DNA of 64,000 nucleotides from Trypethelium eluteriae (Eukaryota): NCBI GenBank assembly GCA_051942245.1, contig JAVECL010000003.1, positions 62,001 to 126,000 of the forward strand, read 5' to 3'. Shown piece by piece: positions 54,396 to 64,000 of this stretch (position 1 is its first letter; each line of letters starts with the position of its first letter). The notes under the pieces were generated by a model. It saw only the letters and a program-made list of their open reading frames with translations, ran no database searches and was not told where the DNA came from. The position numbers and the translations under genes were made by a program.

Positions 54396-56082
54396 ATGGA
54401 AGGTCCACCGCCCGGTATCGATTTGTCTGAGTCTCGTCAGCCCACTATCTATGGGGTTATCATCACTCTTTGGATTCTGTCCGTTACGGTCACCGGTCTC
54501 AGATTCGTAGCAAGACGACTCACCCGTCTACCATTGTGGTGGGACGACTGGTTTATGCTGCTTGGATGTGTATGCTGCAGGAACTTGCCGTGAAGCACGA
54601 CAAAACTCAGCTAATGCCCAAACTACAGATAGCAACTTCCGGTATATCTCTATCGACTGTTGCTTACGGTATGTACACCTGTCCTGAAGCTTTCGATCAG
54701 TGTACTAGGGCCTGGCTAATACTTCTGAAGTCGTGCCTCATGGACTGGGTAAACACGTCTGGGCCGTTCCTCCAGATGCCACATATGTGTGGGCCAGAGG
54801 GCTTTTCATGCAGCTATTCTTCTACTTCACCGCGATAGCTGCGGTAAAGGCCTCACTCTTGACGTTGTATTATCGTATTTTCAAATACTCTGCGATTCGC
54901 ATTCCAATCTGGATTCTTGCAGCCATTGTCGCTTGCTGGTACATTGCGGCAGTAAGTGCGAATGGACTGATGGGATCGTCGTCTCATGCATGCTGACTTT
55001 TTCATAGACGCTTGTTGGTATCTTTGAATGTAACCCAGTCAGCGGATTCTGGGAGCGCTATAATCCGACCAACCCAACCACACCGCGTTGTTCTATCGAT
55101 CAAAATGCATACTACGATGGAAATGCGATTCCTAATATCATCACTGACGCCGCTATCCTTGTTCTGCCACTGCCGTTCATCTGGACTCTGAAGTTGCGGC
55201 GGACGCAGAAAGTTGCCCTCACGGGTATTTTTGCGTTAGGTCTTTTGTAAAGCATCCCTCTTCCGTCTCAATGGCTTTAGTGTGAGAGGTGCTGACTTGT
55301 GTGCTAGTGTCATCGTCATCTCTGTCCTTCGTTTGGTTTACGTTGCCAGATTAGACCTCAAGTCTGCAGACATTACGTGGAATTTCGTCCCATCGGAAAC
55401 TTGGAGTTCCGTTGAGCCCAACATTGCTGTCCTATGCGGTAAGCCTGGTCCTGACTTTGCTCTTCCAAACTCCAGCACATTCCCACCATCTGAATTAGCC
55501 GCCTTCCTCCGATGCGGTTCACCCTTGGACACATCACTCCTGCTTCTCTAATAGGCCGCCCACTGAACTCTCGCAGGCAATCTTCCAGTCCTCAGACCCA
55601 TCCTCAACCTTTTCCTATCTAGTATTGGTGTGAGAACACATACTTCCCAGGGCAATTCTTTACCCCTTTCTGGAAACAGGGCGTCAAATCTCGCCACCCC
55701 ACGCCAGTTCCTCTCTGCCAAGTCTTCGAATTTTTCCTTCGCCACCTTGCCTGGTGGTTCATCTCGTATGGGTATCTGGGACAGCTCCAAGGGTAAAGAT
55801 TTTGACGATGAAGAAGAGGACTGCAACCACCTTGTTGACCGCGGAGTCGATAAGAGGCAAGACAAGAAAGGTTCGGCAGTCACTGTTGGAGTCGAAGCGA
55901 TACCGGTAGGGGGAATAGAGACAACTGTCGAGGGACGACCTGGGGCTGGATGGGGCAAGGATAGGTACGAAGATGTGGAGCTAGGAGAGATGAAGAGTTT
56001 CAAGGGCAAGGTACATGTCAGGACCGATGTCAGTGTTACGGAGGTGAGGGAGGACCACAGTGGGTCTTCTGTGTCTCTCTAA
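54396..56082 (+). CDS. Pth11-like (fungal rhodopsin domain) integral membrane protein without CFEM; exons 54396-54569, 54629-54668, 54731-54951, 55008-55246, 55308-55438, 55577-56082
   Basis: Motifs LRFVAR..LWWDDW, GLGKHVW, KASLLTLYYRIF, ECNP..GFW, NIITDAAILVLPLP, SVLRL and WSSVEPNIAVLCGNLPVLRP. Five GT-AG introns. Confidence 0.9.
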
Positions 56083-57296
56083 ACAGCGGAGAAAGGGAAT
56101 GATACCCAAAATACTTATGATTGGACTGGGCCGGCTCTTTGATTTTTTTTTATGTTTACTCGAAGCGATTCATCAGCGGATTTATTGGGACCCACAGAAC
56201 GACCAAATCACAGCTTTAGATATTCTATCATGTTTTACTAGTCTAGAGATTCTTCGTACGACACGAACGTATTTCAGCTGCTTTGCTTTCTTCTGGAGAG
56301 GTTTGACAACGCATCATGACTCGTATTGACATTTGAGGTAGACGAATCGCAATGATTTGGCATACACGTTCTGCTTCGATCAAGCTTGCACGTGTCTACC
56401 TATATCGCCATGAAATCTTGCCTAGTGGCAACGGGTTGCAAGCGGTGCGATGGGATTTTTCATGCCCAGTCACACACTAATCTGTTTAGGAGATGGCGTT
56501 GCAAAGAGAAAGCAAAAAGAAAAAAAAAAAAGAAAAAAGCACAGTCAAGCCGAGCCCACCTCAACAACCCTAAATTGGTTGGTAAGTCCGTTGTGGGGAA
56601 AGTCTCTCCGTCTCTTTTGCACTGTTTCAATTTTGCTCGCGTGCTCTAAATCCTCGTGAAGATCCCAGATTTGGCATAACCTCACCACCTGGTTATCTTA
56701 TCTCCAACTTCAAAGTGTCTCGATTCAGCTCATTGATCCATCTCACCTCATCTCGTCGTCACTCAGAATTGGGGTGCTCCATTCATTCAAAGACGAATAT
56801 GACCTTTCGCCCCGTCAGCTGCTCTACTGGAGCCAATCGGCAATGGCCATCTGAAAAATTTGATGTTCTGCGTCTGTGCACCACAGAAGGACGCTACCAC
56901 TCTACGGTACATCACTAAGAGGCTGAGGCGCCGATCGCTAAACATCTGACGATGATGGGTGGGAAGCCAGTCCTGCCAATGGCCGCCTCGGGAGAACTTT
57001 TGCGCTTCCAGAACATCATACCCCGGCCTTATCTGAGTCGGCCTTGCGCTCGCATTTCTTCCTTCCTCTTCAACTGCGACGAGGACAGACTCTGCTCGCC
57101 TCGAGGAAAAGGTGTTGTCAGTTGCGACTCTAGGTTTTCTAGCTAGCGAACTACATGCAGCAGGCGACTAACGATCCTACCTTGTACTGCGTTGATATCA
57201 GGCGGTTTGCACGAATTCGGAAGTGGAGGTGAAGCATTCGCCAATAGGCCCTCATCATCTATACTCTTTGGTCCTTTTTAGGAAACTCAAGATATC

Positions 57297-59447
57297 ATGT
57301 CCTCCGAATTGAGGCCGGACGGCAATGCAAGTTACCTGCGCAAGCGCAGTGTGGGTGCCATCGAACTCCAGGATAGCCATGGCCGCCGCAACACCGTCCA
57401 AATCGAAGACCTCAGCGAAGCTGACCGCGCCCTTGCTGAGCAGTTTGGATACAAGCCCGTAAGAAAATTCTCCACTTGACCCTTCTCCCTACGGCCCCTT
57501 TGAATGCGTCTGCAACAACGCCCAATGCAACAATGCCCTAACGCGACAATTTTTCTGTGTGACAATAGGTTTTTCGACGAGAATTTGGCTATCTTTCAAC
57601 GTTCTCCTTTGCTGTCAGCATCAGTGGATTGTTTGCTACAATCAGCACGACTTTTTCATATCCGCTGTTCGCTGGAGGTGCATCCTCTGCAGTGTGGTGC
57701 TGGGCTATTAGCGGTGTGGGTTGCATGTGCATAGCGGGTACGTCATTTCTTTCTCCCTCTTGATTTTCGTCGGTATTCCCAAGAGGAACCCATCATTGGA
57801 GAGATTCTCCAGTCAAGACCAAGCAGACTCTTGCCTGCCTCGGTCAACACTACGCTGGACTTGACGTGCGCTTTCAATGATGCAGCCTGTTCGAAGCACG
57901 CCTAGCTTAGTGAAAGCGGATTGGTTGGCTGCACTCAAGAAATCTGATCACCGATTGTACCTCCATCTGCCATTCTCGCCTCTCGCTAAAATGCTTTTAT
58001 TCGCTTTTCATGCTGACAACGTATGACAGCGAGTGTCGCTGAACTGGTCTCTGCCTACCCTACCAGTGGTGGCTTGTACTACACCATCTCACGACTCATT
58101 TCACCAAAATGGGTCCCCTCAGTTTCTTGGGTCGTTGGATGGCTCAATCTTCTCGGTCAGGTTGCAGGTGTTGCATCTTCCGAGTATGGATCTGCCCAGC
58201 TTCTTCTCGCGGCTGTCAGTCTGGGCTCTGGACAAATTCAAACAGCTGATGGCGCCAGCTTCAACTACGTGGCCACGACTGGTCAGATCATCGGTGTCAT
58301 GGCTGGACTGACCGTCATCTGCGGGTTGATTAATTCTTTGAGTACGTACTGGATGGAGAAGGTCACAAAAACTTACGTCATCTTCCATGTGCTTGTCTTG
58401 GTGACATGTGCGATTGCGCTCCTCGCAAAGACTCCAAAGGAGAATCGCCATGACGCTGGCTATGCCTTCGGGGACGTGAATTCGACAAGTGGCTGGACGC
58501 CCGTCGGGTGGGCGTGGCTTTTCGGTTTTCTCAGTGTCAGTTGGACCATGACGGATTATGATGCTACTGCTCACATTGCTGAAGAGTAAGTCTTGTTCTA
58601 CTCTTCAAAACTAGGCATCCAACTATGGAAGGACTATTACTTACGGTATGTCTGTAGGATCTCAGAGCCCGAAAAGAAAGCACCCTGGGCCATCTTCCTT
58701 GCCATGCTTTTCACCTATGTGACGGGCTTCCTCTTCAACATCGTCCTTGTCTTTGTCATGGGAGATCCGGCCGATCTCGACAACGCACTGGAACAACCGG
58801 TTGCGCAAATCTACTTTAACTCTCTTGGTCCTGCTGGCGGTGTCGTCTATACCGTTTGTGCCTTCATCATCCTACAGTTTGTCTGCTTCACTGCTACTCA
58901 AGCGCTTGGCCGAACAGTCTTTGCCTTCTCTCGTGATCGTCTCCTCCCATTCCCCAACGTGTGGACCAGAGTCAACAAATTTACGGGGATTCCGCTGTAC
59001 GCCGTCTGGCTCTCCGTCCTTTGCTGCATCCTCATCAATCTGATCGGACTTGGATCTTACGCCGCCATTTCTGGTGTCTTCAATGTGACTGCAATCGCGT
59101 TGGACTGGTCATATTGTATTCCGATCTTTTGCAAGATCCTTTCCAAAAGCTTTACTCCTGGACCTTTCAACATGGGGAAATGGGGCTTATTCGTGAATGC
59201 ATGGGCTTGCATTTGGACCTTCTTCGTCACGATTATCTTCATACTCCCAACAGAGCGACCCGTCAGTGGAGATACGATGAATTACGCGATTGCATTCTTA
59301 GCACTGATTCTCATCTTTGCGCTAATCTATTGGTGGGCTGGCGGACGCAAGTTCTACAAGGGTCCTCTTGTCGAGGCACAGCTTCTCGAGGAAGAAGCGG
59401 CGGAGGAGTCGGATTCCAGCGCTCGTGAGAAACAATCAACGACATAA
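57297..59447 (+). CDS. APC-superfamily amino acid permease (ACT family, GABA/choline permease-like); exons 57297-57458, 57569-57737, 58030-58585, 58658-59447
   Basis: Motifs GYKPVFRREFGYLSTFSFA, SVAELVSAYPTSGGLY, WTMTDYDATAHIAEE, AFSRD and FTPGPF. About 12 TM segments; three introns. Confidence 0.93.
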
Positions 59448-59987
59448 ATGGTATCTTTCTTTATGTTAATACGGATCGGCCAGGTAATATGAAGCTAGCT
59501 TGAGGGGCAGAATTCAGTCATTTCTATCATTTGACCAAGAGATGGTCAACGTCCTCCAATCTTCCCGTAGGACATATCGAATAAAATAAACATTGATGAT
59601 ATGAGACCACTTCTGCTGACAGCCTGAAGTTGAAGGAAATGAACACGAAGCCTCGGCCAGACAATTGCCATGTAATTGCCCAGCACTATCAGTGAAGCTT
59701 GACTACCCATCTGTTAAACTCCACACTCTAGGGGAGAGAGCCCATTAATTAGACATTGCCTACGGCCAAATCTCCCAGACCAGGAGACAGGCAAGACAAG
59801 AGAGGTTTTCCCTAATCCTGGTTCAAACCTAACGATATAGCCAAGCCACAACCATTGAAGTGACTTTGATCCTAGAATCGAGCTTGGACCGAAAGCGCAC
59901 TGGGTGACCACAACAGGAATCGGGCTTTTGCTAGATTTGTAGTGCAACCAGCATTGCCACAATAATACCGCGGTACAAAATATGTTA

Positions 59988-60886
59988 TCATGAGTGACCA
60001 TGCACTGAAACCAAACTCAATTCTGATCCCCGTTGATCTCTGCGCATTTTCGTCCTCAGCTCTTTGCAGCCAAAATACACTGTGACTATAACCGTAAGGA
60101 GGCCAACGGGTATTCCAACGGCAGTGCCGATTATGGTTGAGAGGTTTGAAGCATTGGCATAACGGCCTGAATTATCGCTGTTGGCATTGTCCGTGGTCGA
60201 GGTTCCCGCCGTAGACAATATATCGCTGGATGGAGCTAAAGTCTGTGAGCTACCTGTTTGGATGTCTGGCATTTTGGTTGGCTGAAGGGTAGCTCCGTCG
60301 AAAGCACTCGACTCTGACGTTTCCTGCGGTGGATGGTTCGTTAAAGATGCAAGTATCGATGATGACGACTGCTGAGAGGAAACTAGATATTTAGGGGACC
60401 CAGTCAACGTCCGGGCCTCAGATGACGAGATAGTGCTCAAGAAGGCGTTTGGTGAGGTTGGCCAAGCGTCAGGATTGGGAAGCGCAACATCACATAGATC
60501 CGTACTTAGTGACTGGATCTGCCGACCCCCATACGAGGCACAGCGCCAGTAATCAGCGTCGGTGGCATCGTCTCTACAATAGGGGTCCGAATAGATAGTC
60601 GCTGAGGGTATTAGCCAACCAAAAAAAAGCCTCTCAATAGCCTGTCTGTTGAGTTACCAGTGCAGCCTGGGGCGAACTGGAGGACTTTGACACTCAGCAC
60701 GGGCAGACCTTGTGCCTGAATGCTGAAAGATCCCGAAGCAGTTGGGGTAAAATTCTGCGCCCTGCTCGATGTACAGTTTGCCGTCGTATATAGAGTGAAG
60801 ACGGTTTCTTGGGCGTCGATTGAAAGAATATAGAAAACAAAGCTAAGCACGACCAGCGAGAAAGTACTTTCCCTTCGACGTGGCAT
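59988..60886 (-). CDS. Small type I membrane protein (signal peptide, Cys-containing domain, S/T stalk, TM); exons 60886-60658, 60601-59988
   Basis: Hydrophobic N-terminus FSLVVLSFVFYILSIDA. Intron 60657-60602 (GTAACT..GCTAAT..CAG) is in frame. TM IIGTAVGIPVGLLTVIVTVYF followed by basic residues. Confidence 0.75.
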
Positions 60887-61991
60887 AGTTATGGCGATGA
60901 CGCTTCCTTGGAAAATGCATCCTGCTGCATGGAGATCTGCATGCTGAGGGACTAGATATAACCAAAGCAAGTACTTCGGCCAGAAAAGGGTAAAACCCGA
61001 CGCACAGTCACAACCGAAGTTGCGCAGTGCAGCAGCAGATCAATCGATGCCTTCTCCCGAAATTTGAGATCTCTGTCTCAGTCATAGAATTGCTGGACCT
61101 AAGTGGCAGACCTTGCAACGCGCTCCTCGAGTCGCCCCTCGAACCGCCCGGCGGGCTATATATCTGCACACCCATGCCGTCCGTGGAGAAGGCGTTTCCC
61201 TGGTGCATAAGCGAAGAGCCTACATTCATGAACCGTCCCAGAGGTTGCTACCAGAAGTGTTGAACGGGTTACAGGTTGAAGGTAAGCGAACGGTGGAGCC
61301 GTCCCTTCTAGGTATCACCCCACTTCTGATATTCAAACATCGATTCTCGGTAACCCCGATGTGGATTGCGACTTAAACCCACTCCAGCTTGTTCCAGCCT
61401 TAGGCAGAAACACTTTTTCGGGATTTCGTAGCTTGAGTATTAGATGTGGAAGTAAGTTGACCGACCGGCGGTCACGCGCAAAGAGAGAGCAAAGGAGAGA
61501 CGGCTGCAATTAGCGGATATTAAGTTAGCTTCTTACGGATAGCGTTGATCTTTACGCAGAACTCCTATGCGTAGCCAAACTGGCGCGATAAGGGAGAGAC
61601 TCATAGAGACGTGCTCGTAGGACAACTAGGCGTTTTTGTCCCAAAATACGTCGGAGAGAAAGGAAACTGGGGGACGCGGAAACTTACCTTATGGAGTACT
61701 GAGATGATGATACTAATCATTCGCTGAAAAGATCCGTCCTCTAATTGGCGCGACACGGACCCTGTCTCAACATCTCCTACCACTTTATGCAGGACGTTCG
61801 GGCAGCTTACAGCTCCTAAGTCCCGTAGTTTGCCAAACCCCGTCTGACCAAGGCGATCTTCTTCCTAGCCCAGCGAGCGTGGAAACCTTACCTTGCGGTC
61901 CCCTCGAAACATTACTACATTATTCGCTCGCGTCGGAAGTCGTGCAGTTATCCCCTTGCTTGGACAAAGCTACTCCGCATCATCCACAGTC

Positions 61992-63956
61992 ATGGGGTCT
62001 ACCGGCATGAATAATCTGACGACCCTCATTAAACGGTCAGTCTTTTCAGCATCTTGTCCTGCTTAGCGAAAAGTAAAGCCAAACTCAAGTATGGCAAACG
62101 TAATCAAGGACATCTCAAAAGCACATACGCTACAGAGCTCCAACGACTCTCTGCTTACAAGGCTTGTCTCTAGGCTTGAAGCTGCCACATCACGACTTGA
62201 AGACATCGCTTCGTCTGCCGCCTCCTTCGAGCCTCCTCCCTCTACAACTACCAATGGATCGATCTCCGCCCCATCGACTGCCAAGGCTCCTGGCACCACT
62301 CCTCAAAATATCACTCCGACTCCCTCGAAGACAAGCTCCCTTCCACAGCCGATCGAAGACTTTAACTCCTTAATAAATAGCGACGTGAAAGCTTTCTTGA
62401 ATCTGAGTCAAGAGTTGGGAGGTCCTGTTGCCGAGCAAGTACGTGATGGCACCATAGATGCCTTGACTCGTTCCCATGGGATAAATTCTGATGGAGTATT
62501 CATACAGGCATCCTCAGTCTCTCGAGCTTTTGCTGCCCAACGGCGGGTGCTGCTGATCAGCACGCAAGCCAAAAAGCCGGAAGTCACCTCGTCGCTCTAT
62601 ATGGAAATCCTGAAGGAGCTTCAGCAAGACATGCAAAGAGTTACAGAGGCACGGGAAGCAAATAGAGACCCAAAGTTGAAGGATCATATATCAATGGTAG
62701 CAGACGGTATCGGTGCACTCTCCTGGGTGGCAATAGATCCAAAGCCTGCGGACTTCGTCTCTGAAGTTCTTGGTGGAGCACAATTCTATGGTAATAGAGT
62801 TCTGAAGGAGTACAAGGACAAGTATGAATTGATAAAAGGTCTCGGTGATCACGCGCTTACATTTTCCAGGGACCAGACTCAGATCAGTTGGGTGCAGTCG
62901 TACTACAAGATCTGGAAATCTCTGATTGGCTTCATCAAGAACCACTATGTTGCAGGTCTCACATGGAATAAAGACGGGATCGAGCCCTCCCAAGCACTGA
63001 AGAACAGCAAGTCTGAGCCTACCGTTAATGGCACATCGGGGCCCACTCCAAGCAGTACTGGGGCTCCTCCACCGCCGCCACCGCCGCCGCCTCTTCCTAC
63101 CTTTGACAATCCACCACCTTCGCAGCCAGCTGCGTCCAAGTCAGCTACGCCAGACATGGGAGCTGTATTTGACCAACTGAATCGAGGAGAAGATGTGACA
63201 AGAGGGCTCAGAAGAGTTGATAAAAGCGAGATGACACACAAAAATCCATCCCTAAGGGCCAATGCGCCCGTTCCTGTTCGCAGCGATAGCTCCAGTTCCA
63301 CTGGACGGAAATCTCCGAATCCTCCAAAGAAGCCGAAACCAGAAGCCATGCGACAAAAGAAACCCCCAAAGAAAGAACTGGATGGGAATAAATGGTTGGT
63401 GGTAGGTAATGTCGATTCCTTAATGGATTCTGGATACTAATTATATCAATCAGGAAAACTTTGAGAACGAGCAACAGCCCATTGAGATTGAGGCACAAAT
63501 CCAACACTCTATACTGATTACAAAGTGCAAGAATACCACACTTCGGATCACAGGAAAGTTCAACGCCGTCTCTATAGACAATTCTCCTGGTCTCTCTCTC
63601 ATCGTCGACTCCGTTGTTTCTTCAGTAGACGTGATTCGCTGTGGAAAATTCGCTCTTCAGGTACGTCTCTAGCTCTATCAAAGGGACTCATCTATTCTGT
63701 GCTCTTGCTCATGCGTGACCAGGTGCTTGGGAGTCTGCCCACTGTCATGCTTGATCAGGTCGATGGTGCAACCGTCTATCTGAGCCCTGAAAGCCTGAAC
63801 ACTGAGGTCTTGACTTCTAAATGCACGGCTGTCAACATCAATGTTCCACCCCAAGCAGAGGAAGACGATTACCGGGAATGTCCCTTGCCGGAGCAGATAC
63901 GCAGTTACGTCAAGAATGGTAAAATGGTCAGCGAGATCGTGGAACACGCTGGATGA
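61992..63956 (+). CDS. SRV2: Adenylyl cyclase-associated protein (CAP/Srv2); exons 61992-62035, 62174-62438, 62508-62821, 62870-63401, 63454-63660, 63723-63956
   Basis: Motifs LTTLIKR|LEAATSRLEDIA, FYGNRVLKEYK, poly-Pro, VTRGLRRVDKSEMTHKNPSLR, and a CARP C-terminus ending PLPEQ...IVEHAG. Five GT-AG introns. Confidence 0.96.
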
Positions 63957-64000
63957 GGAAGCGGTGTAAGAGCAAGACTGTATTATTCAAAGAGTGCTGG

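Overview
This is eukaryotic DNA from a filamentous ascomycete (Pezizomycotina, inferred from short GT-AG introns with CTRAY branch sites and from the gene families present). I reconstructed about 19 spliced gene models by hand. The left part (3-22 kb) is a housekeeping block: a Kelch-like single-pass membrane protein, the head-to-head splicing genes CLF1 and PRP31, SAH1, a homeodomain/C2H2 transcription factor and a Zn2Cys6 transcription factor. Next come metabolic genes (26-31 kb): a 2-hydroxyacid dehydrogenase, an arylamine N-acetyltransferase and a SAM methyltransferase. An accessory-looking stretch (32-53 kb) holds a TPR relic, membrane proteins and a compact cluster of four secreted-protein genes in two divergent pairs. 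The four are an HEXXH+D zinc-protease-like gene, a disrupted Ser/Thr-rich gene, an intact Cys-rich Kex2-site protein whose C-terminus resembles an aerolysin/ETX-MTX2 pore-forming module, and a 121-aa secreted protein. The right end holds a Pth11-like receptor, an amino-acid permease, a small type I membrane protein and CAP/SRV2. The secreted cluster at 39-47.6 kb is the best candidate for an undescribed system. All family calls come from motif recognition; no database searches were run.
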